Assembly: GCA_016782825.1 (NCBI GenBank)
Contig: JADHXT010000003.1
Location: 1-33,694 of the forward strand
DNA from: Candidatus Brocadiia bacterium
GTDB lineage: Bacteria > Planctomycetota > PUPC01 > DSUN01
Direction: 5' to 3'
DNA: 33,694 nt
The translations under genes were made by a program, and so were the position numbers. Below are positions 1-8,852 of the stretch, in pieces (position 1 is the first letter of the stretch; each line of letters opens with the position of its first letter). Below the pieces are notes generated by a model, which saw nothing but the letters and a program-made list of their open reading frames with translations, was not told the DNA's origin and ran no database searches.

Positions 1-151
1 CGCGTGTCTGCCCCCCCTGTCAGTCCGAGCGACGCCGAGGAATCTGGCTGAGGGCGGCGCGGCGCCCGAAGGTGGCCGCTGGGTCCGCCTGTGGCCAGAT
101 TCCTCGGCTCCGCGTTGCTCCGCTCGGAATGACAGGGGGGGCAGACACGCG
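1..151. repeat. REP-like long imperfect inverted repeat (may extend left of the window)
   Basis: 1-22 CGCGTGTCTGCCCCCCCTGTCA is the exact reverse complement of 130-151. 34-48 GCCGAGGAATCTGGC is the exact reverse complement of 94-108. Confidence 0.85.
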
Positions 152-206
152 CGAGGGAGAGCCGATGCCCCGGACGCTGCGTGAAGTTCCTCCACCCACG
201 CTGGAG

Positions 207-243
207 CAGGGGAGGAGCCTTCGAGCGGAAGACTCCTCCCCTG
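207..243 (-). terminator. GC-rich stem-loop just downstream of the isomerase stop codon (terminator or REP-like hairpin)
   Basis: CAGGGGAGGAGCCTTC pairs with GAAGACTCCTCCCCTG with one imperfect pair. It lies 11 nt past the stop at 255. No clear U-tract. Confidence 0.5.
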
Positions 244-254
244 GGCGTGACGGG

Positions 255-1112
255 CTACTTGCCTGCGGCCGCGGCGAGCAGCTTGTCGCGGATGCGCTCG
301 AGCAGCTTGCGGGCCTTGATGATGTCCTTCTTCTGCTGCGGGCCGGTGATCTCGCGCTCGATGGTCAGCGGGCCTTTGTATTTCAGGTCGATGAGTGTCT
401 GGATGAAGCGCTTGATGCCCACCTCGCCCTTGCCGAGAGGGGTCTCGGTGCCGAGCTGGTTTTTCTTGGTGGGTCCCACGCCGTCCTTGGCGTGGACGCC
501 GACGACGAGCTTGCCGACGAGCTTGAGGGCCTCGATGGGGCCGCCGGTGCCGTAGAGGATCATGTTGGCGGGGTCGAAGTTCACCTTCACGTTGGGCCGC
601 CGGATGTCCTCGATGAAGCGGAGGAGGCAGGGGCCGGTTTCCTGGCCGGTTTCGAGGGAGAGCTTCTGCTTGCTCTTGGCCAGATAATCGGCGAAGGCGC
701 GCACGGTGCGCACGATGGCGCGGTATTCGGGGTCTCTGCGGTCTTCGGGCACGAAGCCCACGTGGGCGGCCACGACTTTCACGCCGAGGACCTTCGCGAA
801 GTCGGCGATTTCCTTGGCCTTCTTCACGCGGGCCTTGCGGGGGGCCTTGGGCACGAAGCCCACGGTCTTCTGCACGGTGGGGATGTCGTCGTAGCTTTCG
901 CCGTCGAAGCCGCAGAAGACGGTGGTGATGGTCACGCCCATCTGCTTGGCGAGCTTCTTGAGCTCCTTGGCCTTTTCGGGCTTGAGCCACTCGTCGCCCG
1001 GGCGGCCCATCTGGGCGTTGGTGACGCCCACATCGAGCACCTTCTGGATGCTCTCGCGCGGGTCCTCGCCCACACCGAGCATCACGCCGATGGCCATTGG
1101 TTCCAACGCCAT
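255..1112 (-). CDS. Sugar phosphate isomerase/epimerase (xylose isomerase-like TIM barrel)
   Basis: Motifs LSLETGQE, VNFDPANM, VHAKDG, PLGKGEV, LTIERE. Start moved to ATG 1112, which follows a GGAGG RBS. Confidence 0.88.
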   Translation of the reverse strand: MALEPMAIGVMLGVGEDPRESIQKVLDVGVTNAQMGRPGDEWLKPEKAKELKKLAKQMGVTITTVFCGFDGESYDDIPTVQKTVGFVPKAPRKARVKKAKEIADFAKVLGVKVVAAHVGFVPEDRRDPEYRAIVRTVRAFADYLAKSKQKLSLETGQETGPCLLRFIEDIRRPNVKVNFDPANMILYGTGGPIEALKLVGKLVVGVHAKDGVGPTKKNQLGTETPLGKGEVGIKRFIQTLIDLKYKGPLTIEREITGPQQKKDIIKARKLLERIRDKLLAAAAGK

Positions 1113-1158
1113 GTTCCACTCCTCCAATAAGGGAACGTTACGGGTGGCCGACGACCGC

Positions 1159-1187
1159 AGTGTACCTGCGGGCGCCCGACAAGTCAA
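1159..1187 (-). promoter_or_regulatory. Putative sigma70 promoter for the isomerase
   Basis: Minus strand TTGACT-17 nt-TACACT. Confidence 0.6.
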
Positions 1188-1193
1188 TGCGGG

Positions 1194-2363
1194 CTAGCCG
1201 CGAAAGAACGCCGCCAGCACGAGAGCGCTGGCCAGGGTGAGCGCGCACGGCACCAGGAAAATCGGCCGCCAGCGAAACTTGCCGTCCTGGGTGTAGCGAT
1301 CCATCACCACGCCGGTGAACTGCGTGCCGAGGAAGAGCCCGAAGCCGAAGAGCGCCACCGTGTAGAGCCCCGTGGCCGAGCCCAGAATCTCCGGCGGCGC
1401 CTGCTGCGCCACGTAGATGAACCCCACGCCGATGAAGAAGGCATAGGCGATGCCGTGCAGCGCCTGCGATGCGATCACCAGCGCGCGGGGCCGCGTGAGG
1501 GAGTAGACGACATACATCAGAAGCCAGAACGCCGCGCCCAGGACGAGGGTCCAGCGGAAGCCAATCTGCCTGATCACGCGCTCGCCCTGGAAGACCATAT
1601 ACACCGAGGCGAGAACCTGCGCGGCCTGCGCGATGGTCATCACCGCCGGCACGTTGCGGTCCTCGACGCCCAGGTCGCCCAGGTAGCGCGCCGTGCCGAG
1701 GAAATAGAACTGGAGTTGAGTGGCCACCACGAACGACACGATGAGGAAGAGCAGGAAGTTGGGCTCCCGCAGCATGGAGAGCGCCTTGAGCAGCGGGTCC
1801 ACGGCCTTGGGCGGCGTGTGGGGCAGGGTGAGGCAGTAGAGGCCCATCAGCAGCGACAGCAGGCCGGCCAGCACCAGGCAGTCGCTGCCGTCGCCGCTGC
1901 CCTTGGCGCGGCGCCACGCCGAGAGCATCCAGCCCACCAGCACCCAGGCGACGACGCCCCAGAGCATGATGCCGAAGGCCTGCTCCTTGGGCTTCGTCAG
2001 GTGCGAGAACATAAGGGAGTTCACGAGCGCCAGCGTGGGAGCGAAGGCCAGCGCATACAGGCACATGGTGACGAACAGACCGCGGAAGGTGGTCTTGCGC
2101 GCCGCCAGCAGCAGCACGCCGCCTATCAGGTGGGCGCCCGCGAGGAACCACTGGGTGGCCACATACATGTCCACCACCAGGCCGCCCACGAGGGGCGAGA
2201 CGATGCAGCCCAGGTAGATGGTGCCGTAAATCCAGCCCGTCTGCTTGCCGCTCATCTTCAGCGGCCCCAGCAGCCGCGCCGCCAGCACCGGCGACCACGC
2301 GCCCCACACGGCGAATTGCAGAAACATCATCAGGCTCAACCGAACGTACAGTTCCGTGCTCAT
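1194..2363 (-). CDS. MFS transporter, nucleoside:H+ symporter-like (NupG/XapB/YegT family)
   Basis: N-terminal RLSLMMFLQFAVWGAW, APTLAL and LPHTPP motifs, many hydrophobic helices. ATG 2363 follows AGGAGG. Confidence 0.88.
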   Translation of the reverse strand: MSTELYVRLSLMMFLQFAVWGAWSPVLAARLLGPLKMSGKQTGWIYGTIYLGCIVSPLVGGLVVDMYVATQWFLAGAHLIGGVLLLAARKTTFRGLFVTMCLYALAFAPTLALVNSLMFSHLTKPKEQAFGIMLWGVVAWVLVGWMLSAWRRAKGSGDGSDCLVLAGLLSLLMGLYCLTLPHTPPKAVDPLLKALSMLREPNFLLFLIVSFVVATQLQFYFLGTARYLGDLGVEDRNVPAVMTIAQAAQVLASVYMVFQGERVIRQIGFRWTLVLGAAFWLLMYVVYSLTRPRALVIASQALHGIAYAFFIGVGFIYVAQQAPPEILGSATGLYTVALFGFGLFLGTQFTGVVMDRYTQDGKFRWRPIFLVPCALTLASALVLAAFFRG

Positions 2364-2404
2364 CACGTCCTCCTGACTCGGGGCGGGATGGGAAGCGCGC
2401 GTCA

Positions 2405-2433
2405 AGCATAGAGCGCGCGGGGCACGGCGTCAA
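2405..2433 (-). promoter_or_regulatory. Putative sigma70 promoter for the first MFS gene
   Basis: Minus strand TTGACG-17 nt-TATGCT. Confidence 0.6.
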
Positions 2434-2441
2434 GCGCTGAT

Positions 2442-2501
2442 GGAAGGGAAAAGTGAAAGTGAAAGGGAAAAGTGAAAGGGAAAGTGAGAGTGAAAGGGAA
2501 G
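2442..2501. repeat. Purine-rich degenerate hexamer tandem repeat (GAAAGT/GAAAGG)n
   Basis: GGAAGGGAAAAGTGAAAGTGAAAGGGAAAAGTGAAAGGGAAAGTGAGAGTGAAAGGGAAG, intergenic and C-free. Confidence 0.85.
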
Positions 2502-2586
2502 CCATGGTGTGCACCGATGGCATGCACTGGCCGAGCCCGTCGCAATGGACAGGCCCGGCCGTTCGGTGTGCTTTGCGATGTGCAGG

Positions 2587-3903
2587 TCAGATGCCTTCGG
2601 GGGCCGGGGGCTCCTCGTCGGGGATTCCCTCGTAGGGCTCGGGCTCGCCTGTGTCGGCGGGAGCGCCCGCCACCGCGGCGGCCGGCGGCGGCTCCTTGAA
2701 GAAGAGCAGGAAGGCGAGGGCGCACGCCACCGTAATGGAGCAAGGGATCAGGAAGATCCACGTCCAGTTAGGCACGCCATCTTTGGTCAACATGCCCATG
2801 ATCCAGCCGGTGAACTTGGCGCCGAGGAAGCTGCCCAGCCCCAAGGTCATCAGTGTCAGGAGGGCCTGAGCCGACGCGCGGATATCCTTGGGCGCTACCC
2901 TGTCCACATAAATCTGCGAGACGACGAAGAAGAACGTGTACCCGACCCCGTGGAGGGCCAGCGAGCCCACCACGAGCCACACCGGCACCGTCTGGTACAT
3001 CGCGAAGACCACGTAGCGCAAGGGCCACGCGATGACGCCGATGGCGAGGGTTTTCCGGACGCCCAGCTTCTTGAGCGCGAGGGCGAGCAGCGTGAGCATC
3101 ACGATGCCCTCCGCGACCTGTGATACGGTCAGCAGCAGGGCCTCGTACTTCGGCTGGAATCCCACGCCGGTCTTGGTGGTTAGGAACGTCCCCGTTGGCA
3201 AGTAGTAGAATTGCAGTCCGGTGGTCACAACGAAGCTGATGATCAGGAAGAGCGCGAACTGCCGGTTCCTCAACAGGCGGAAGGCTTCGACGAAAGCCCA
3301 CGGCTTCTCGGCTTGCTTCTTCGGCGGCGTGTGTGGCAGGAAGCAACAGGTGAGCGCCATCGCCAGCGAACACCAGCCCGCCAGGTGGAGCATGTCCCCA
3401 GGTACTGTCACGCCCTGTTTCGCAGCCAGTACGCGCCACAGTGTCAGGCCCCAGCCGGCGGCTATCCAACCGATCGTGCCGAAAGCTCGGATCGAGCCGA
3501 ATTGCTTGTCAGCGTTGGTTAGATGGTGGAAGCACAAGGAGGCAGTGAGGGCGAGTGTTGGCGCGTAGAGCAGCGCGTAAATCACCATGGCTGGCATCAT
3601 TTTGTCGAACGTCTTGTGCGCCGTCATCGTCAGGAGTACGAGGCCCCCGAGGAAGTGCACGGCGGCCAGGAACCACTGGGTGGGGATCCAGCGGTCCACG
3701 ATCTGCCCGCCGATGAACGGCGCCACCATGCAGGCCAGCCACAGCGCGGCGAAGATCCAACTCGCCTGGTCGTGGGAGAAGCCCAGACCATGTTCGCCTA
3801 CGTCGGTAATCAAGTATCGATACAGTGTCGGCATCCACGCGCCCCAGATGGCGAACTCCAGAAACATCATCAAGCTTAGCTTGATGCGCAAGCTCATCTT
3901 CAT
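2587..3903 (-). CDS. MFS transporter, nucleoside:H+ symporter-like (second paralogue)
   Basis: KLSLMMFLEFAIWGAW, YAPTLAL, FGSIRAFGTIGWIAAG, LPHTPP, DIRASAQ. ATG 3903 follows GGAG. Acidic, Pro-rich C-terminal tail. Confidence 0.9.
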   Translation of the reverse strand: MKMSLRIKLSLMMFLEFAIWGAWMPTLYRYLITDVGEHGLGFSHDQASWIFAALWLACMVAPFIGGQIVDRWIPTQWFLAAVHFLGGLVLLTMTAHKTFDKMMPAMVIYALLYAPTLALTASLCFHHLTNADKQFGSIRAFGTIGWIAAGWGLTLWRVLAAKQGVTVPGDMLHLAGWCSLAMALTCCFLPHTPPKKQAEKPWAFVEAFRLLRNRQFALFLIISFVVTTGLQFYYLPTGTFLTTKTGVGFQPKYEALLLTVSQVAEGIVMLTLLALALKKLGVRKTLAIGVIAWPLRYVVFAMYQTVPVWLVVGSLALHGVGYTFFFVVSQIYVDRVAPKDIRASAQALLTLMTLGLGSFLGAKFTGWIMGMLTKDGVPNWTWIFLIPCSITVACALAFLLFFKEPPPAAAVAGAPADTGEPEPYEGIPDEEPPAPEGI

Positions 3904-4100
3904 CCTGTCTTCTCCTGTCCAGGGCGAACGCCTGTAGCCCACGATGCCGAACGGGCGCACTTCTACCCCACATCGTTCCGGCTTGTCAAGCCCATTCCCT
4001 CGTCTCAGGCATGGCTCGACATCGAGGGGCGTTCCTTGCGGCGCTCTCGTCTCGGCTTTCGCCATCCCGTCGGGCGCGCATCCCGACCGCCGCGCCTTCC

Positions 4101-4128
4101 TTGCACTGGCAGGTCAAATCCCTATAAT
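4101..4128 (+). promoter_or_regulatory. Putative sigma70 promoter for the EF-G-like gene
   Basis: TTGCAC-16 nt-TATAAT. Confidence 0.55.
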
Positions 4129-4178
4129 CTAAGGTCTTGCACATTTTCGCCAAGCCACGCTTCTGTGCGGAGACCAGA

Positions 4179-6233
4179 ATGGCCGACCATACGACAGCAG
4201 ACCTGCGCAACTTCGCCATCGCCGGCCACGGCAGCTCCGGCAAGACCACCCTGGCCGAGGCCATTCTGTTCAAGGCCGGCGCCACGTCGCGCTTTGGCAA
4301 GCCCGAGGAGGGCTCGTCCATCGCCGACGCCGACGCGGACGAGCGGGAGCGGCAGTTCACGATCTACTCCTCGATCCTGCACGCCAAGCACGCGGGCAAG
4401 CTGCTCCAGATCATCGACACGCCCGGCTACGACGATTTCTTCGGCGAGGTGGCCGGCTCGCTGCCGGCCGTGGAGACGGCGCTCATCGCCGTGAGCGCCG
4501 ACACCGGTATCCAGGTGAACACCCGCCGCGCGTGGAAGGCCGCCGAAGCACTCGGCCTCGCCCGAGCCGTCGTCGTCACCAAGATGAACGCCGAGAACGC
4601 CAAGTTCGCCGACGTGCTCGAGTCCATCCAAAGCACCTTCGGCAATACCTGCGTGCCCATCACGCTGCCCGTGGGGCAGGGCGCCGGCTTCAGCGGCGTG
4701 GTGAACACCCTCACCCCGCCGGCCGATGTGCCGGGCGACGTCGTGGGCGACGTCGAGGCGGTCGGCCAGGCCCTCCGCGAGTCCATCATCGAGGCCGACG
4801 AAGAGCTCATGATGCGCTACCTCGAGGAGGAGGAGATCACGGGCGACGAGGTCATGGGTGCCGCCGTGGGAGCCGTGGCCAGTGGCTCGCTCGTGCCGGT
4901 CTTCTGCGTGGCCGCCGAGAACGCGCTCGGCGTGGCCGAGCTGCTCGACGCGGTGGTCGCGCTCTTCCCCTCGCCCTGCGAGGGCCTCGTGCGCAAGGGC
5001 GTGAAGCCCGGCACCGAAGAGGAAGTGGAGCGGCCCGGCAGCGAGGACGCCCCGTTCAGCGCCCAGGTGTTCAAGGCTCTCTACGACCCCTTCGTGGGCA
5101 AGCTGGCCTACTTCCGCGTCTTCTCCGGCACGCTCAAGCTCGAGGACGGGCTTTACAACGTGCGCATCGGCAAGAACGAGAAGGTGCACCACCTCTACCG
5201 CGTGCAGGGCGAGAAGCAGGCCGAGGTGAGCGACGCCATCGCCGGCGACCTCATCGCCGTGGCCAAGATCGAGAGCCTCGAGGTGGGCGATACCCTCTGC
5301 GCGCCCGACGACCCCGTCGAGTTTCCGCCCATCTCCTTCCCCAGCCCCATGGTCGCCCGCGCCGCCGAGCCCAAGAACCGCGGCGACGAGGGCCGCATGT
5401 CCCAGGCCATCTCGCGCATCGTGAGCCAGGACAGAACCTTCCACGCCGAGCGCGACGAGGAGACAGGCGAGTTCATCACCACGGGCATGAGCAACCTGCA
5501 TCTCGACGTGATCCTCAGCAAGCTCAAGCGCAAGCCCTTCGAGGTGGAAATGGTCCTCAAGGACCCGCGGATCGCCTACAGGGAAACCATCGGCTCCAAG
5601 AGCACCTGTGCCTACCGCCACAAGAAGCAGACCGGCGGCGCCGGCCAGTTTGCCGAGGTGCACCTGCGCCTCGAGCCGCTCGAGCGCGGCGGCGACTTCG
5701 AGTTCGTCAACGAAATCTACGGCGGCTCCATCCCCACCAACTTCATCCCGGCCATCGAGAAGGGCGTGCGGGAAACGATGACCAAGGGCGTGGTGGCCGG
5801 CTACCCGGTGGTGGACGTGCGGGTGGCCGTGTACGACGGCAAGTACCACGACGTGGACAGCTCCGAGATCGCCTTCAAGATCGCCTCGTCGCGCGCCTTC
5901 AACGATGCATTCAAGCAGGCCAAGCCGCAGCTCCTCGAGCCCATCGTGGACATCGAGATCACCGTGCACAGCAAGTACATGGGCGACATCATGGGCGACA
6001 TGAGCGGCCGCCGCGGACGCATCCAGGGCATGGAAACCGACGGCGACCACCAGATCATCAAGGCCCAGGCGCCACTGGCCGAAGTGACCAACTACAGCCA
6101 GCAGCTCCGCTCCGTCACCGCGGGCGAGGGCAGCTACACCATGGCGTTCAGCCACTACGAGCCCGTGCCGCCCAGCGTCCAGCAGCAGGTGATCGCCCAG
6201 AGCGGCAAGAAGACCGGCGGCGACGACGACTAG
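4179..6233 (+). CDS. fusA: Elongation factor G-like protein (EF-G2 paralogue)
   Basis: G1 GHGSSGKTT, G2 ERERQFTI, G3 DTPGY, domain IV YRETI...HKKQTGGAGQF, DGKYHDVDSSE, LLEPI. Stand-alone, not in an str operon. ATG 4179 follows GGAG. Confidence 0.93.
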   Translation: MADHTTADLRNFAIAGHGSSGKTTLAEAILFKAGATSRFGKPEEGSSIADADADERERQFTIYSSILHAKHAGKLLQIIDTPGYDDFFGEVAGSLPAVETALIAVSADTGIQVNTRRAWKAAEALGLARAVVVTKMNAENAKFADVLESIQSTFGNTCVPITLPVGQGAGFSGVVNTLTPPADVPGDVVGDVEAVGQALRESIIEADEELMMRYLEEEEITGDEVMGAAVGAVASGSLVPVFCVAAENALGVAELLDAVVALFPSPCEGLVRKGVKPGTEEEVERPGSEDAPFSAQVFKALYDPFVGKLAYFRVFSGTLKLEDGLYNVRIGKNEKVHHLYRVQGEKQAEVSDAIAGDLIAVAKIESLEVGDTLCAPDDPVEFPPISFPSPMVARAAEPKNRGDEGRMSQAISRIVSQDRTFHAERDEETGEFITTGMSNLHLDVILSKLKRKPFEVEMVLKDPRIAYRETIGSKSTCAYRHKKQTGGAGQFAEVHLRLEPLERGGDFEFVNEIYGGSIPTNFIPAIEKGVRETMTKGVVAGYPVVDVRVAVYDGKYHDVDSSEIAFKIASSRAFNDAFKQAKPQLLEPIVDIEITVHSKYMGDIMGDMSGRRGRIQGMETDGDHQIIKAQAPLAEVTNYSQQLRSVTAGEGSYTMAFSHYEPVPPSVQQQVIAQSGKKTGGDDD

Positions 6234-6259
6234 GCCCCGCCACTCCCGCGTTGCATCCT

Positions 6260-6293
6260 CACGCAGGCCGCCCACACCCGGGTGGCCTGCGTG
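6260..6293 (+). terminator. Stem-loop after the EF-G2 gene
   Basis: CACGCAGGCCGCCC pairs with GGGTGGCCTGCGTG, a 14-bp stem with one G-U pair. Weak U-tract. Confidence 0.55.
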
Positions 6294-6311
6294 CGTTCTG
6301 CCACGTGGTGC

Positions 6312-6340
6312 TTGACACGGCACCGCCCCGCGCGTAGCTT
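6312..6340 (+). promoter_or_regulatory. Putative sigma70 promoter for the glycosidase
   Basis: TTGACA-17 nt-TAGCTT. Confidence 0.55.
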
Positions 6341-6378
6341 CGCACCACACCGACATCCCGCACAGGAGACAGGCAACC

Positions 6379-8544
6379 ATGACAACGGGCCGCGACATTC
6401 GGCTGGCGCAAGGCGAGTGGCAGGTGGCGTTCGACCCCTCCGCATCGGCGCTGGCCTGTGCCCACGCGGCATCGGGCGCGGTCATCGAGGGCGTGCTCTC
6501 CTTCCAGGCGCTTCGCGACGACGGGGCGGAGGCGTGGCGCATCGTCCCCTCCCGCGACGACGTGGCCGACCGCCTGGCCCTCCTCGCGCCAGACGGCAAC
6601 GTGCAGGGCTACCTGGCCGCGAGCGTCCGGGGCGGCGTGCTGAGCATCCGCGCCGTCCATCGCGCGGCACAGGCCTACCGCGGCACGCTGCGCTTCCGCG
6701 GCACCGCACGGCTCGGCGCCGACACCTTTGCCTGCCGCACCCGCGCCCCCGAGGCGCCGCGGGTGGTGCAGATGGCCGCCGGCCCGGCCGACAGCGGGCT
6801 CAACGACTCGCTCTTCGACATCCCCACCGATGCCGTGCTGCGCCTCGGCGGCGACCGCGTGTCCATCACCACCGTGCCCGCCGAGGAAGGCAAGGCGCCG
6901 GCTTTCGGCGTCGCCCTCACCGCACGGCCCGAGACGGCGGCCCGTTCCGCGCTCACCTTCGAGCTCGAGCGCGGCTACTACCGCTCCCGCTACGTGCCGC
7001 ACTACAGCCCCATCGACAAGACTCGCTGCCCCTCGCCGCCCACGGGCTGGATGTCGTGGAACGTCTACTTCGACACCGCAGGCGAGGAGGAGAACCTGGC
7101 CGAGGCCCGTGTGGGCGCCGAGCACCTTCAGCCCTTCGGCCTCGAATTCTGGTCGATCGAATCGTGGCAGGACAACTCCGACACCCTGCCCGTCAGCCAG
7201 TTCCACAACCTCACCCTCCGCCCGCACCCCGGCCAGTTCCCCCACGGCATGAAGTGGCTGGCCGACGAAATCCGCGCCCTCGGCTTCCGGCCCGGCATCT
7301 GGACCGTGCCCTTCGGCACCGGCGACGAGGCCTTCTACGCCGAGCACCGCGAGTGGTTCCTCCACGACGCCGATGGCCAGCCCCTGCACAACTGGTGCGG
7401 CCGCACCGTGCTCGACCCCTCGCAGCCCGCCGTCCGCCAGCACATGGAAGACACCCATCGCACCATGGCCGAGGACTGGGGCTACGAGTTCTTCAAGATC
7501 GACGGCATGTCGGGCCGCAGCCAGGGCTACTCGGCCCACTTCTACGAACGCGACGACGTGCGCGCCACCTTCCGCGAGCCGTGCGACGCCCCCTTCGCGC
7601 TCTGCGTGGAAGCCCTGCGCCGCGGCATCGGCCCCGACCGCGTGTGGCTCGCCTGCCAGGGACACTACACAGGCCCCGAGGTGCCCTACGCCGACGCCGG
7701 CCGCATCGGGGCGGACATCGTGCACCCCAACCAGCCGCCGAAGTGGCACAACATCCTCCACCAGGCCGAGGCCACACTCAACCAGCTCTTCGCGCACAAC
7801 GTCGTGTGGTACGGCGACCCCGACACGCTGCTCGTCGGCGAGTTCCTCCCGCTCGACGTGGCGCGCATCGCCACGATCGTCGTCGGCCTGCCGGGGCAGG
7901 TGACGTTTGCCGGCGACAAGCTGGCCGCCCTGCCGCCCGAGCGGATGCGCCTGCTCCAGCAGTGCCTGCCCGTGTGTGACGTGCGGCCCCTCGACCTCTA
8001 CCCCCTCTTCGACCGCGCGCCCGTGTGGGACCTCAAGGTGCGGCGGCCCTTCGCCGCGTGGGACGTGGTGGCGCTCTTCAACTGGAGCGACGCCGAGGCG
8101 GAGACAGGCTTCGCCTTCGCCGAGCTGGGTCTGGAAGGGGAGGGCGACTACCTGCTCTACGACTTCTGGGGCGAGCGCTTCCTCGGCGCTCACAGCCGGC
8201 GCTTCGCGGCCCCCCTCGCGCCGCGGTCCAGCCTGCTGCTGGCCGTCCATCCCGCGCTCGGCCGCCCGCAGCTCGTCTCCACCGACCGCCACATCACCCA
8301 GGGCGCCACCAGCCTCGACGCCCTCCACTGGGACGACGCCAGCCGCACCCTCAGTGGCACCGTGCGCCTCGTGGCCGGCGTGGCCACCACGCTGGTAGTC
8401 CACCTGCCCGAAGGCTTCGTGCTGAGCGCCGCCGAGGCAGGCGAAGCCCAGGTAGTCTCGTGCACCCCGCGCGCCGACGGCACCCTGGCCCTCACCCTCC
8501 ACCGCGGCACCCCCGGCGCCGCGTGCTGGCGGTTGCGCTTCTGA
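6379..8544 (+). CDS. Clan GH-D glycoside hydrolase (GH27/GH36 alpha-galactosidase-like)
   Basis: PPTGWMSWN, FPHGMKWLAD, GFRPGIW, nucleophile FFKIDG, acid/base RIGAD, DPDTLLVG, VALFNW, YDFW. AGGAG RBS. No obvious signal peptide. Confidence 0.85.
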   Translation: MTTGRDIRLAQGEWQVAFDPSASALACAHAASGAVIEGVLSFQALRDDGAEAWRIVPSRDDVADRLALLAPDGNVQGYLAASVRGGVLSIRAVHRAAQAYRGTLRFRGTARLGADTFACRTRAPEAPRVVQMAAGPADSGLNDSLFDIPTDAVLRLGGDRVSITTVPAEEGKAPAFGVALTARPETAARSALTFELERGYYRSRYVPHYSPIDKTRCPSPPTGWMSWNVYFDTAGEEENLAEARVGAEHLQPFGLEFWSIESWQDNSDTLPVSQFHNLTLRPHPGQFPHGMKWLADEIRALGFRPGIWTVPFGTGDEAFYAEHREWFLHDADGQPLHNWCGRTVLDPSQPAVRQHMEDTHRTMAEDWGYEFFKIDGMSGRSQGYSAHFYERDDVRATFREPCDAPFALCVEALRRGIGPDRVWLACQGHYTGPEVPYADAGRIGADIVHPNQPPKWHNILHQAEATLNQLFAHNVVWYGDPDTLLVGEFLPLDVARIATIVVGLPGQVTFAGDKLAALPPERMRLLQQCLPVCDVRPLDLYPLFDRAPVWDLKVRRPFAAWDVVALFNWSDAEAETGFAFAELGLEGEGDYLLYDFWGERFLGAHSRRFAAPLAPRSSLLLAVHPALGRPQLVSTDRHITQGATSLDALHWDDASRTLSGTVRLVAGVATTLVVHLPEGFVLSAAEAGEAQVVSCTPRADGTLALTLHRGTPGAACWRLRF

Positions 8545-8546
8545 TC

Positions 8547-8575
8547 TTGAATGCGGCGGGGTGGGCGTGTAGAAT
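8547..8575 (+). promoter_or_regulatory. Putative sigma70 promoter for hicBA
   Basis: TTGAAT-17 nt-TAGAAT. Confidence 0.6.
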
Positions 8576-8651
8576 AGTCTCAGTGGAGACACGAATCGAG
8601 CGCGGGTGCGACGCATCTCGCGTCAGGCGTCACGTGCTGGAGGATGTGGGC

Positions 8652-8852
8652 ATGAAGATCGAGATCGAGCGCGAAGAGGACGGACGGTGGATCGCGGACA
8701 TCCCCGAGCTGCCAGGTGTGTTGGCCTACGGCCAGGGCCGCGATGAGGCTCTGGCGAAGGCGAAGGCTCTGGCGCTCCGCGTCATCGCCGACCGTCTGGA
8801 CCACGGCGAGGCCATTCCCGAACTGGACGAGTTGTTTGCGGTGCCCGCATGA
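8652..8852 (+). CDS. hicB: HicB family antitoxin (short, 66 aa)
   Basis: MKIEIEREEDGRWIADIPELPGVLAYGQGRDEA signature. GGAGG RBS before ATG 8652, inside the longer track ORF 8025..8852. Confidence 0.9.
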   Translation: MKIEIEREEDGRWIADIPELPGVLAYGQGRDEALAKAKALALRVIADRLDHGEAIPELDELFAVPA

